Shown here piece by piece: positions 24,245 to 37,519 of a stretch of DNA of 64,000 bases (the stretch's first letter is position 1; every line of letters begins with the position of its first letter). The notes below the pieces were generated by a model. That model did no database searches. It was not told the origin of the DNA and was given only the letters and a program-made list of their open reading frames with translations. The position numbers and the translations under genes are program-made. This stretch comes from Chiloscyllium plagiosum (taxonomy: Eukaryota), in the NCBI RefSeq assembly GCF_004010195.1, contig NC_057718.1, forward strand, positions 66,898,179-66,962,178, read 5' to 3'.

Positions 24245-24372
24245 GAGTTACAGAAATATGGATTCTAAACCTCAGCATGTTAACTGGATCTATCATGTAT
24301 GCTTTACTGTTGGCTCAAGTCACGGCAATGGTTACGACTGCTGACTCAAGCAGACGAGTTTACAGAGAAAAG
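24245..24372 (+). CDS. HCN-like channel, exon encoding S6 and start of C-linker
   Basis: TTTAG acceptor, AAG|GTACTT donor. The phase 1 start completes the Gly codon from the previous exon. Translates (G)VTEIWILNLSMLTGSIMYALLLAQVTAMVTTADSSRRVYREK, matching HCN [41 protein letters not shown]. Confidence 0.93.
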
Positions 24373-25231
24373 GTACTTTATTTGTTTCAAAATCATCTTG
24401 AAGCATTTTTACATAAGCTTAGTTAATTCAAACTTATGTTAAAAATTTTAGTTCAGGATCGGGATATGTAATAGGTACCTGTTCTACTCTGATTGGAAAG
24501 ATTGTAATGATAGTCATTTCATTCGTGAATTCAGATATTTATGTTTAATATATGTCTTATTCCAGAGCTTCAATTTAATGCAGAAAGAAGGTTTAAGAAA
24601 TTTTTAAAAAATGTCTTACATAGTAAAAATAATTACACTCAAATGTTCAGCTGACATTATTTCTCATACCTACTCCATCTCTATCTCCTCTCTATCTTGT
24701 CCACATTGTGAGACTCTTTGCCCTTTATCAGCTCCATATCTTTCTGCTTCTGCACTACATCTGTCCATTTTCAAGCCTGTGAGAAGATTCTACCCTATAA
24801 TTGTTGGTCAAACATTTGATTCTGCATCTTCCCTATGCAACTAAGATTCTCCTCAGTGTCTATTGAGATCTCTTGTCTCCCTCAATACTCCGCAACTTCC
24901 CATGTCTATACATCTTGAGAATTATTTCGATGTCTCCAGGGTCTTATGGAATCTCTATATTTAGGTTAGAGGCAAATCTTAATTTTGATAATATATATGC
25001 AAACTTATCTAGTTTTGATAGCCACACCGATAATGTAAAACTAAAGTTATGGCAGAGAAATAGATCAGTCAAGCTATTGTGTCTGTGCTGGCTGAAAAAC
25101 AGTTCTCCAGTCTCATCCCCATCTTTCAAGCTCCTGGACCTTGGGTTTCAAGGTTATGGTATTTTATATGTCTATCAAGTTACTGCATCAAAGTAGTCAC
25201 AGTGATGAAGCCTTTGGCCAGAATTTTCCAT

Positions 25232-26770
25232 TTGGTTTATTATTCATTCATGGATTGAATGTTGCTGGATAGGCCAGCATTTGCTGGCCATTCCTAATTT
25301 CCTGGGAGAAGATGATAGTGAGCTGCCTTCTTGAACCACTGGAGTCCATGTGGTGTAAGTTACATACACAGTATTTTTAGGAATGATTTGGAGGTGCCGG
25401 TGTTGGACTGTGGCTTACAAATTTAAAAATCACACAACACCAAGTTATAGTCCAACAGGTTTATTTGGAAGCACTAGCATTCGGATTGCTGCTCCTCCAT
25501 CAAGGTGGATTGTGGAGTATACGATTGTAAGACAGAATTTATAGCAAAAGTTTACAGTGTGATGTAACTGAAATTATATATTGAAAAAGACCTGATTGTT
25601 AAGTCTCTCATCTTTTAGAATGACCATGTTGGTTTCATTTCTTTCATATGTAAATTCTGGAACTTTTTTAAAAAGTTACATTCTCAAGTGAACTTTAACA
25701 ATAGGTGCCATGTTGGCCCAGATAATGCATTGAAGGTGTGAGGTGCCCTGTGTGAGGCTGTCTGTGCCACAATGTTCACATTGATTCTGTCTCTAAAAAA
25801 GAGATTTACAGAACCGTACATGGATTCATGCAATTTTTGAGCAAAATTAAATGTAATTTTGCAAGCACAAATTCACCCCACAAACGTGTGTGTGTGTGTG
25901 TGTGTGTGGTGGGGTCACCTGTAATGTGACATGAACCCAAGGTTCCAGTTGAGGCCATCCCCATGGGTACTGAACTTGGCTATCCGTCTTTGCTCGACCA
26001 CTTTGCATTGTTGCTTGTAATTTCCAGGATTTTGATCCAAATGACAGGGAAGGATCAGAAACATAGTTTCAAATAAGGATGACGTGTGGCCTAGAGGGCA
26101 ACTTGCAGGTGGTAGTATCCCTATGCATCTGCTACCCTTGTCCTACTGGAGAGTAGAAGTTTTAGAGTTTAGAATGAGCTGTTTAAGGAATCTTGGTGAG
26201 TTGTTGCATTGCATCTTATAAATAGAATACACTGCTCTATGTCAATGGTGTATGTAGTGAAGATGGAAGATGTTAGCTGGAGTGGTAATTAAGCAAGTTG
26301 CTTTATTCTGAATGGTGTCAGGTCTTCAGGGTTACTGGAGCTGCACTCATGTAAGCAAGAGGAGTGTATTACCTCATAATTTTGACTTGTACCTAGTAAA
26401 TGGTAGGCACACTTTGAGGAGTCAGGAGGTGAATTATTTGCTGCAGAATTCCTAGCCTCTTACCTACTCTTGAAGCCACTGTGTTTATATGATTCAGCAA
26501 CAGTAATATCTTTAAATGTTAAGAGGTGATAATTGAATTCTCTCTTTTTGGAGATGGTCATTGCTTGTGTACTTTGAAAGTTACATGCCACTTACCAGCA
26601 TAAGCCTGAATGTTGTCTAAGTGCTGCTTTAGCACCTGAGAATCAGGAATGGTGCTGAGTATTGCATAATCATCAGCGCACGTCCCTTTTCTGATTTTGT
26701 GATCGAGACCGGAATGCTGCCCTGAGGAATTCCTGCAGCAATGTTCTGTAGCTGAGATGATTAACCTCCA
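25232..26770 (-). mobile_element. Old non-LTR retrotransposon (CR1/L2 group) 3' region
   Basis: Begins ttattcattc..ggccagcattt..; homologous to 37810-38560 and 52105-52320. Confidence 0.6.
25385..26017 (-). mobile_element. Penelope-like 3' end (third pLTR family), nested in the old LINE
   Basis: Minus strand encodes QCKVVEQRRIAKFSTHGDGLNWNLGFMSHYR* (GIY-YIG C-terminus). Decayed hammerhead-like motif near 25470-25505; (TG)n at 25886-25908. Confidence 0.7.
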
Positions 26771-27515
26771 ACAACTACAACTATTTTTTTCATTTTTGAA
26801 TTAAGTTGTAGTTTTAGATCTGTTAGTGGTCATCTCTTCCATTAGGAGCCAGGATAACGTTTCGAGTGCATTCAAGCAGTTTTAACTCAATACATAGACA
26901 TGTGACTTCTTTCACAAGTTAAACAGCAAATTGCATGAGTTGGATTGCCAGGAGGCTCCTGCTCCCACTGGGACTGCATGGGGAGAAAGTATTGATGACC
27001 TAGCCAAAGGATATCCTGACAGGTCATTATTCAAATCAAACCTGGAGTATCACTGGAGCTGTCATTCCATTCTCCACAGAGTCAATATTCAGGGAGATTT
27101 GACCTTTGAGAAAGACAAGAGAAATGGAAAAGAAGGTGGAGTAGCACTTAATAAGGAATAAAATAAGGAATAAGTTGTGAGAGATGATCTATGCTCGGAT
27201 GATGGCCAACTGGGTGGGGGTAACAAACACCAACAGAAATAAGACATTTGTTGGAGTAGTGTACAAACACTAGCCTCTCTGTAGGAAAGGCTATAAATCA
27301 ACAAATAATAGGAGCATATAAAATGCAAGGAGTAATAATTATGTGTGACTTTAATCTTCATGTTGATTGTGTTAATGGAATTGGAAAGGGTGGTTACAAC
27401 AAAGCATTCCTAGCGTTCAGTAGGGATAGTTTCCTAAAGCAATATGTCTTGGAGTCAGCCGGGGATCAGGCAATCTTGGATCTGGCAATTTGTAAAGAAG
27501 CAGGTTTAATAAATT

Positions 27516-28435
27516 ATAGAGTCATAGACATGTACAGAATGGAAACAGACCCTTTGGTCCAACCCGTCCATACTGACCAGATATCCCAACCCAATCTAGT
27601 CCCACCTGCCAGCACCCGGCTCATATCCCTCCAAACCCTTCATATTCATATAGCCATCCAAATGCCTCTTAAATATTGCAATTGTACCAGCCTCCACCAC
27701 TTCCTCTGGCAGCTCATTCCATACATGTACCACCCTCTATGTGAAAAGGTTGCCCCATAGGTCTCTTTTATATCTTTCCCCTCTCACCCTAAACCTACGT
27801 CCTCTAGTTCTAGACTCCCCGATCCCAGGGAAAAGACTTTGCTATTCATGCCCCTCATAATTTTGTAAACCTCTATAAGATCACCCCTCAGCCTCTGATT
27901 CTCCAGGGAAAATAGTCCCAGCCTGTTCAGCCTCTCCCTATAGTTCAAATCCTCCAACCCTGGCAACATTCTTGTAAATCTCTTCTGAACCCTTTCAAGT
28001 TTCACAACATCTTTCCGATAGGAAGGAGACCAGAATTGCATGCAATATTCCAACAGTGGCCTAATCAATGTTCTGTACAGCCGCAACATGACCTCCCAAC
28101 TCCTGTACTCAATACTCTGACCAATAAAGGAAAGCATACCAAATGCCTTCTTCACTATCCTATCTATCTGCGACTCCACTTTCAAGGAGCTATGAGCCTG
28201 CACTCCAAGGTCTCTTTATTCAGCAACACTCCCTAGGACCTTACTGTTAAGTGTATAAGTCCTGCTAAGATTTGCCTTCTCAAAATGCAGTACCTCGCCT
28301 TTATCTGAATTAAACTCCATCTGCCACTTCTCAGCCCATCGGCCCATCTGATCAAGATCCTGTTGTAATCTGAGATAACCCTCTTCGCTGTCCACTGCAC
28401 CTTCAATTTTGGTGTCATAGGCAAACTTACTAAAA
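27516..28435 (-). mobile_element. CR1 LINE 3' end, nested in an older + strand CR1 (about 27100-28660)
   Basis: Minus ORF LYRTLIRPLLEYCMQFWSP..LERVQKRFTRMLPGL. Flanks carry DFN endonuclease and RT remnants on the + strand. Confidence 0.9.
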
Positions 28436-28661
28436 GTAGTGATCTCAAGATAATCAGGTCAAACTAAAGGCTGATTAGTTGAATGATTATTATTTTAAAA
28501 ACATTAGAATCAATAAGTAAGCAAGTAATAGCACAACATTTGAAAATGCATAATCTAATCAAATAGGTTTCAATAAAGGGAAATTGTGTCTGACTAATTG
28601 AGTAGAGTTTTTTGAAGAGGTCTCAACCAAAATGGATAGAGACAAACCAGTAGTTGAATTG

Positions 28662-30149
28662 TGTAGGTAAAAACAATGACTGCAGATGCTGGAAACCAGA
28701 TTCTGGGTTAGAGTGGTGCTGGAAAAGCGCAGCTGTTCAGGTCGCATCCGAGGAGCAGGAAAATCGACGTTTCAGGCAAATGCCCTTCATCAGAAATAGC
28801 GGCAGAGTGCTTCAGGGTGCAGAGATAAATGAGAGGAGGGTGGGGGTGGGGAAAAAGTAGCATAGAGTACAATAGGTGAATGGGAGTGGGGATGAAGGTG
28901 ATAGTTTAGAGAGGAAGGTGGAGTGGTTAGATGGAAAGGAAGATAGGCCGGAGGACAAATCATGGGAACAGCGCTGGAAGTTTGGAACTGGGGTGAGGTG
29001 GGGAAGGGGAAATGAGGAAACTGGTGAAGTCCACATTGATGCCCTGGGGTTGACGTGTTCCCAGGCGGAAGATGAGGCGTTCTTCCTCCAGGCATCGGGT
29101 GGTGAGGGAGTGACAGTGAAGGAGGCCCAGGACCTCCATATCCTCAGCTGAGTGGGAGAGGGAGTTGAAATGTTGGGCCACAGGGCGGTGTGGTTGATTG
29201 GTGCGGGTGTCCCTAAAGATGTTTCCTAAAGTGCTCTGCTGGGAGGCGTCCAGTCTCCCCAATGTAGAGCGCATCGGGAGCAACGGATACAATAAGTGAT
29301 ATTGGTGGATATGCAGGTAAAACTTTGATGGAAGTGGAAGGCTCCTTTGGCGCCTTGGATGGAGGTGAGGGAGGAGGTGTGGGCGCAGGTTTTGCAATTC
29401 CCGCGGTGGCAGGGGAAGGTGCTAGGAGGGGAGGGTGGGTTGTTGGGGAGCGTGGACCTGACCAGGTAGTCACAGAGGGAATGGTCTTTGCGGAAGGCGG
29501 AAAGGGGTGGGGAGGGAAATATATCTCTGGTGACGGGTCCGTTTGGAGGTGGTGGAAATGTCGTCGGATGATTTGGTTTTGGTTTATGCGAAGGTTGGTA
29601 GGGTGGAAGGTGTGCACAGGGGGGTTCTGCCCTTGTTATGGTTGGAGGGGTGGGGTCTGAGGACGGAGGTGCAGGATGTGGACGAGATGCGTTGGAGGGC
29701 ATCTTTAACCACGTAGGAAGGGAAATTGTAGCCTCTAAAGAAGGAGGCCATCTGGTGTGTGACGTGATGTGTTGGAGGGCATCTTTAACCATGTGGGAAG
29801 GGAAATTGTAGCCTCTAAAGAAGGAGGCCATCTGGCGTGTTCTGTGGTGGAACTGGTCCTCCTGGGAGCAGATATGGTGGAGGCGGAGGAATTGGGAATA
29901 CGGGATGACATTTTTGCAAGAGGTAGGGTGGAAAGAGGTGTAATCCAGGTAGCTGTGGGAGTCGGTGGGTTTGTAAAAAATGTCGGTGTCAAGTCGGTCG
30001 TCATTAATGGAGATGGAGAGGTCCAGGAAGGGGAGGGAGGTGACAGAGGTGGTCCAGGTAAAATTAAAGTCAGGGTGGAATGTGTTGGTGAAGTTGATGA
30101 ATTGCTCAACCTCCTCGCGGGAGCACGAGGTGGCGCCAATGCAGTCACC
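28662..30149 (-). mobile_element. Penelope-like (Neptune-type) element, RT C-half plus GIY-YIG plus pLTR
   Basis: LPFLD, YKPTDSHSYLDY, FPCHRGNCKTCAH, YCIRCSRC and YIGETGR motifs. Perfect 17 bp TSD aaccagtagttgaattg at 28645-28661 and 30150-30166. Internal duplication of about 80 bp at 29690-29840. Confidence 0.93.
28766..28793 (-). ncRNA. Minimal hammerhead ribozyme motif (PLE type)
   Basis: Minus strand CTGATGA-A-GGGC-ATTT-GCCT-GAAA-CG-TC. Confidence 0.7.
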
Positions 30150-30213
30150 AACCAGTAGTTGAATTGCATTTGGACTTCCAAATGGCAAGCTGCAAGAGGG
30201 ATACAAACAGAGA

Positions 30214-32204
30214 GAGAAAATACTGGAAAATCTCAGCAGGTCTGGCAGCATCTGTAAGGAGAGAAAAGAGCTGATGTTTCGAGTCTAACTGACCCTTTGT
30301 TAGGCCAAACATTCTCAGTATATGAGGTAGGCAATGCCCAACTTTGTCCAGCTTTGACAAAGGGTCAGTTAGACTCAAAACATCAGCTCTTTTATAGAAT
30401 ATAGAACATAGAACATTACAGCACAGTATAGTCCTGTCATACTAACCTATTCCATGTACGTCCAAACTGCTATGTCTCCCACAATCTCATTTCTCTGCAT
30501 TTTGTATAATAGCCTACTGTGGGGAACCTTATCGAACGCCTTGCTGAAATCCATATATACCACATCACCCGGTTTGATCTCATCTACCTGTTTGGTCACT
30601 TTGTCAAAAAAGTCAATAAGATTTGTTAGGCACGACCTACCCTTCACAAAACCGTGCTGACTGTCCCTGATCAGATTATTCTTTTCTAGATGGTTATAAA
30701 TCCTATCTCTTATACCCTTTTCCAAAACTTTAACAACAACTGAAGTGAGACTCACTGGTCTGTAATTACCAGTGTTGTCTCTACTACCCTTTTTGAACAA
30801 GGGAACCACATTTGCTATCCCCCAGTCCTCAGGCACTATTCCTGTAGACAATGATGATTTGAAGATCAATGCCAAAGGCTCGGCAATCTCTTCCCTTGCT
30901 TCCCAGAGGATCCTAGGATAGATCCCATCCGGCCCAGGGAACTTGTCTATTTTCACACTCTGCAGTATTTCTAATACCTCTTCCTTGTGAACTTCAATCT
31001 CTTCTAGTCTAGATGCAAGCATCTCTGTATCTCCCTCGCCAACATTTTCATTTTTTATAGTGAACACTGTCAAAAAATATTTATTTAGTGCTTCCCCTAT
31101 CTCCTCTGACTCCACACACAACTTCCCACTATTATCCTTGATTGGCCCTAATTTAACTCTTGTCATTCTTTTATTCCTGACATACCTATGGAAAGCCTTA
31201 GGGTTAACCCTGATCCTATCCGCCAACAACTTCTCATGTCTCCTCCTGGCTCTTCTGAGCTCTCTTTTTAGGTCTTTCCTGACTTCCTTGTAACCCTCAA
31301 GTGCCCTACCTGAGTTTTCACATTTTGTCCTAACATAAGCCTTCTTCTTCTTCTTGACCAGGGATTCCACTTCCTTAGTAAACCACGGCTCACGCGTTAT
31401 ATATCTTCCTCTCTGCCTGACAGGTACATGCTAATCTAGGACACACAGGAGCTTTTCCTTGAATATGCTCCACATTTTTAATGTGCTCATCCCCTGCCAT
31501 TTCCTTCCCCATTCTACGCTTCCTAAATCTTTCCTAATTGCATCGTAATTTCCCTTCCCCCGGCTGTAACTCTTGCTCGGTGGAGTACACCTATCCCTTT
31601 CCATCACTAAAGTAAACCTGACAGAATTGTGATTGCTGTCTCCAAAGTGCTCACCTACTTCCAAATCTAACACCTGGCCAGGCTCGTTACCCAGTACTAA
31701 ATCTAGTAAATTAGTTCATGGAATGCCCTGCCAGTAGCAGTGGTGGACTCTCCCTCTTTATGGGCATTTAAACGGGCGTTGGATAGGCATATGGAGGATA
31801 GTGGGCTAGTGTAGGTTAGGTGGGCTTGGATTGGCGCAACATTGAGGGCCAAAGGGCCTGTACTGCGCTGTATTTTTCTATGTTCTATGTTCTATGTTCT
31901 AAAGTGGCTTTGCCTCTTGTAGACTTATCTACATACTGTGTCAGGAAGCCCTTCTGCACACACTGGACAAAAACTGACCCATCTATAGTACTCGTACTGT
32001 AGTGATCCCAGTCAATATTTGGATAGTTGAAGTCCCCCATGATAACTACCCTGCCTCTCTCACTCCTATCGAGAATCATCTTTGCTATCCTTTCCACTAC
32101 ATATCTTTTCTCTCCTTACAGATGCTGCCAGACCTGCTGAGATTTTCCAGCATTTTCTCTTTTGGTTTCAGATTCCAGCATTTGCAGTAATTTGCTTTTA
32201 TTTT
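30214..32204. mobile_element. Fold-back pLTR-type insert split by a nested CR1
   Basis: Arm 30214-30300 is inverted relative to 30355-30393 plus 32105-32160. 14 bp TSD gatacaaacagaga at 30200-30213 and 32205-32218. Confidence 0.8.
30395..32104 (-). mobile_element. CR1 LINE ORF2 segment (APE end to RT), internally deleted
   Basis: 307 aa minus ORF 30447-31370 with NYRPVSLTS, QHGFVKGRSCLTNL and DFSKAFDKVPH; GDFNYPNIDW upstream. A short opposite-strand CR1 tail with (ctatgtt)n lies at about 31715-31900. Confidence 0.92.
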
Positions 32205-33869
32205 GATACAAACAGAGATATTGGTTAAGTAAGTGGGCAAAAAGAATTGCAAATAGAATGGAATGTGGGTAAATATGAAGTTGTTCATTTTGGAAAGGAG
32301 AACAAAAGTTGCTCACAGCATTTCTGGTTTGGTTTATAAGAGGTTCCATGTTTCAGCTAATGATTGCTGGCTAATTCTCTCTGCATCTCTCTCTCCTGTA
32401 AGAACCTGTGTTTGAATTTACTTTTTGCCAAGAGATGTGTTTATGGGATGTTGCAGGAAATCAGAACAGCTATTGTATAGGGATATCATGTCAGTTGGGT
32501 TTTCAAATAGTTGTTATTCTAAATTCTGTCTTATTATGCCACTAGAGTGCCAACATGGTTTTCTGTGGTGAAAGGAGTGGAGCATCTTTCCCATCACAAG
32601 AAGTTACTGGTCTTCCACTGGGACACCTTTGATTGTCACACATCATCAGAAACATGTGTGCTGAAGATAGTTCTAATGATCCAGGGAAGAAAAGACTTAG
32701 CGTACATGCATTGTAGGAAAGGCTTCTGGGATTTATTTCCAGTACCGACTTTATGTAATGAATTTAGAGTGAGGACATAAGGACTGGGATTACAATGTCT
32801 TGGATACTGTACAACTAATTTATGTAAGTGATGGAAAATATGATGAGGATCGGCACATTGTACGAAGGAAAGGTATTTTCCCAGCCGGATTCTCCATAAT
32901 CTGGCCAAACATTCTCAGTATTTGAGGTGGGCAATACACAAAGGAGATGTTAATGACTTCATTCTTTCAGAGGGATAGGTGGAAAGTGTTTGGATTTGTA
33001 CACCCCATATTATTGGCAGCATAATAACTATGAATACTCAGTGATTGCAATGATATAGTTAAGGAACCTAATGTTCTCCAGGACTAAGGGCTGGGTACAG
33101 AAAAGGGATGACTACTGACATTAGGCAGGATATAGCAGGACTGGAAACCATTATCAAAGTGAGTGTTCTCATTCTGTCTCCTCTTTGCTTGAAATTGTAA
33201 GTTGTGAAAAGATCATAAGGAAGCCATAAAACGATATAGATAGGGAAAGGGAGTAGGTAAAGATCTGGCAAATGGGGTAAAATGTGCGAAGAATGAGATT
33301 GCCCGTTTTGGCAGGAAGAATAAAAAACATTATCTAAATCCAACATGGAGGATGGGAAAAAGTTGTGTTGGTAAGTGCTGCTCCTTTTTTGACATATTTT
33401 CAATGTTGGAGCTGATTTCCTTGAATTCTATGGATCAAGAGATCAAAACAATAGCACTTTAAAAATGAGGAAGACAGACAAAGGGCAGTGACCACATGGG
33501 CAATGATTCAAATGGAGAAAGAAACCTACATTCCTGTCTGACCCAATAGTAACCTGCACAACTGCTGCTTTTGCTGTCTGTTTTCAAGTATCTCTGGACA
33601 TCAGAGATTATTCTAAGAAAAATAATCAAACCAGGAGAGCAGCTAAGTGGCCTTTCATATTGTAACCTTACTGGTTTTATTTTGTAAGTTTCCAATCGTG
33701 AATAGAGTGGGCTTTTTTTATTATCTGATGTTATTGTGATCCGTCTCTTGATTAAACTTTAAAAATATAAAAACATAGTTACTAAGCTGATCTGAAGTAG
33801 TGTTTTTAAGAGCAATAAGACTGTGCTACTTTCTGGGTCTGTTGATTGTTAAGATGCAAAGACAGCCTT

Positions 33870-34870
33870 TTGTAGAGTGATGTGCTCTTCCTTGGATGTG
33901 GGAGATTTGGGAGAGTTTACATGTTACTGATGATTATGTCTGCAGGAAGTGTATTTGGTTATGAATCCTACTGGATTGCATGGATCAGTGGAGTGACAGA
34001 GACAATGAGGAATTTACAGGAGCTAGGGGTGATAAAGTACAGATTTGAGACGGCCCAGAGAATCCCTTGTGAATTCAACCTGTAAGCCTCTCATGGCTTG
34101 TCCCGGAGATCGTACCTCTAGTAGTCTAGAATAAAAAATTCTTTTACGGACAGTTTAGTTTAATTTTAATCATTCCCTTCAATTACTAATAGTATAACTG
34201 TTACAACATAACACTGATACCTATAAACCAAGCTAACTGGATTCTAATAATCCAGGAGAGTAGAACATCAGCCCTTCAAGAGCCCTGGCAGGTTACTCTG
34301 TCATACTATCAAAAACAGACTACCTTTATACACCATTTTACAAAGGTATACTGTCACAAACACAAAAAGTTAAAAAAAGAGCACTGCATGTTCTGAACTA
34401 GACAGATAGTAGCGAAGGACAATAATTCGGGAGAGAAGTTAATTGATACCCAGTTTTGTTTCGAGGTCAGAATCAAACATTGTTATTAATTTCATAAAGG
34501 AACAGCCGTGAATGTTATCACTCAGTGTAACGTTTATACAAATTCACTAATGTTAAGGCAAATGTTCTTACTTGTCTTACCATCCCTGACTGTCTATTTT
34601 CTAGTGTGCAGCAAATATGTTCTATAATTCAAAATTACATTTTAGTCTAAATGTTTAAGGACAAGTTTTAAGGCTATAAACTTTCTCGGGGGTGTGATGT
34701 ACTGCAGTTGCAGGGAGGAAGATAAAGCAAAGATGCAGTCAGGTAGATAGGTTACTTTTTGGGAGGTTAGAAGGAGATGGCAGGTAGTGCGAGAGTCTCC
34801 TGTGGTTATCTCCCTCTGAAACAGCAATGCTGTTTTGGAACATGTAGGGGATGATGGATTCTCAGGGGAA
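33870..34870 (+). mobile_element. CR1 ORF1 N-terminal remnant, interrupted
   Basis: Decayed Cys-rich start (tgtgctcttcc..atgtgggag..DYVCRKC), resuming near 34690. Confidence 0.45.
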
Positions 34871-35294
34871 TATAACCTGAAGACCTACTTTTTAAATTTC
34901 TACCTAACTTCTAGATTTCAATGCAACAGGCCTAACCAGCCAGGCATATGAACTCAAGGCGTGATAAGAAACATGGGACTGGAATATCATAGCAATTACA
35001 GAGTTCGTAAGGTATAGGAGTAGATTAAGCCATTTGGTTCATCGAATCTGCTCTGCCATTCGATCATGGCTGATATTTCCCTCACCCCCATTTTCCTGCC
35101 TTCTCTCCATATCCCTTCAACGCATTGTCAATTAAAAATCTGTTTAACTCCTTCTTAAATTTACTCACTGTCCCAGCATCCGCTGCACTTTGGGGTAACA
35201 AATTCCAGATTCACCACCCATTGGGAGAAGTTTCTTCTCAACTCTGTTTTAAATTTGCTTCCCCTTATCCCAAGACTATGACCACTTGTTCTAT

Positions 35295-36830
35295 GCATGG
35301 CTCAGGGATGGATAGGACTGCTAGTTTAATGTTCCAGGGAGCAGATGCTATAGGAAAGATCGAAAGTGGGGACAAGAGAGGAGAGAGGGAATGGTGTTTT
35401 TGATTAGGGATAACATTACGACTGTATTTAGGGAGGACATTCCTGGGAATACATGTAGGGAAATTATTTGGGTAGAATAGAGAAATAAGAAAGTGATGAT
35501 GGCCTTATTAGGATTGTGCTACAGACCCCCCAGTTGTCAGCGGGAAATTCAGCAACAAATTTGTAAGGAGATCTCAGTTATCTGTAAGAATAATAGAGTG
35601 GTTATGGTAAGGGATTTCAACTTTCCAAACTGTGACTGATTAGGGATAGTCAACATGTCCATAGGGCTTGGATGGAGAGGAATTTGTCAAGTGTGTACAA
35701 GAAAATTTTCTAATTCAGTATGTGGATATACATACTTGGGAAGATGCAAAACTTGCCCTACTCTTGGGAAATAAGGCAGGACAAGTGACTGAGGTGTCAG
35801 TGGGGGAGGACTTTAAGGCCAGCAACCATAATTCTGTTAGTTTTAAAATAGTGATGGAAAAGGACAGACCTGATCTAAAAGGGCTGGAAATGGGAAGCCT
35901 TCAAAAATGAGATAACGAGAGTCCAGAGAAAGTATGTTCCTGTTAGGGTGAAGGGCAAGGCTGGTAGGTGTAGGGAAAGCTGGATGACTAGAGAAATTGA
36001 GACTTTGGTCAAGAATAAGAAGCCAGGTGTAGACAACAGAAATTAAGTGATTCCTGAGAAGAATATAAAAGCAGTAAAACCAAGCTTAAGAGGGAAATCA
36101 GGAGGGCAAAAAGGGGACACCAGATAGCTGTGGCAAATGTAACTAAGAAGAATCCAAAGTGATTTGAAAAATATATTAAAGTCAAAGAGGTAACCAGGGA
36201 GAGAATAGGACCCCTTAAAGAATGACAAGGCCAATTATGTGTGGAGCTGCAGGAGATGGGGAAGATACTAAATGAGAATATTGCATCAGTGTTTACTGTG
36301 GAGAAGGATATGGAAGATAGAGAATGTGGGGAAATAAATAGAGAAATTTGAAAAATGTCCATAAATTAGAGGAGGAGGTTCTGGATGTATTAAAATAAAT
36401 AATGGTGGATAAATCCCCAGAACCTGATCAGGTGTACCCTAGAAATCTGTGGGAAGCTATGGAAGTGATTACTGGGCCTCTTGCTGAGATATTTGTATCA
36501 TTGATAGCAACAGGTGAGGTGCTCGAAGCTGGGAGGTTGGCTAACATGATGCCACTATTTAAGAAAGGTGGTAAGGAAAAGCCAGAAAACTGATGAACCT
36601 GACATCGGTGTTGGGCAGGTTGTTAGAATGAATCCTGAGGGACAGGGTTTACATGTAGTAGGAAAGGCAAAGACTGATTAGGGATAGTCAACATGTCCAT
36701 AGGCTTTGTGCATTAGAAATTGTGTCTCATGAACTTTTGAAGAAGTAACAAAGAGCGTTGATGAGGACAAAGCAGTAGAGGAGATTTATATGGACTTCAG
36801 TAAGGCATTTGACAAGGTTCTTTATGGTAG
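35295..36830 (+). mobile_element. CR1 LINE ORF2 (APE to RT), decayed
   Basis: DGEEFVKCVQENFLIQYV, VDKSPEPDQVYPR and DFSKAFDKV remnants. Confidence 0.88.
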
Positions 36831-37519
36831 CAAGGTTTAGAGTTTAGAAGAGTAAGAAGTGTTTGGATGAAACATCTAAGATTCTAGAGGGTCTTGACAG
36901 GATTGGTATGGAAAGGATGTTACTTCAGATGGGAGAAACCAGAACTAGGGATCAGTATTTAAAAGTAAATGGTTGTCCAATTAAGACAGAGATGATGCGA
37001 AAAAGTTTTTTTCACAGAAGGTCAAGAGTCTAAAGACATTGGAATATATTTTGATTATTGCTGCCTTAAAATATTCAAATAAATCAATTTTTGATGAGCA
37101 TGAGGATGAAAGTCTATCAGGAGTAGGCGAGAATGTAATTGGAGAAACTGTGATCTTGTTGAATGGCTCAAGGAACTGAGTGGCCTTCTGCTCTTAATTT
37201 GTATGTTTGCATGTAAACAAAGCATCAGTCACTTCCCAGATTCATCAATAAATGGGTGACTGTGAAAATCTACAGACAACCTCAAATGATCCACCAACAT
37301 AAAAGTTAAGGGGCACTGTTATCTCCAAGGAATGGGATTGCTCTCAGTCCTTGCAGCTGCGGGGGTTTGCCCAGTAGCTGACAGATACAGGCATCTTGGC
37401 TTATCCTGAGGTACCTTTTTTATTGCCTTTTGGTAGGTGCACTGCCAGCAACTGCCCCCATTCTATAGGACTGCTATAAGCAGAGCAGCTGTTTTCTGAC
37501 TAGCTGCTAGCTAGTCCAC

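Noticed and set aside
29226..31370. Long ORFs (341 aa, 307 aa) as intact host or active retroelement genes
   Set aside because: They are partial Penelope and CR1 RT segments with frameshifts, truncations and chimeric starts.
34035..34690. Unclassified insert within the CR1 ORF1 remnant
   Set aside because: No convincing termini, TSD or coding motif was found, so it is left unannotated.
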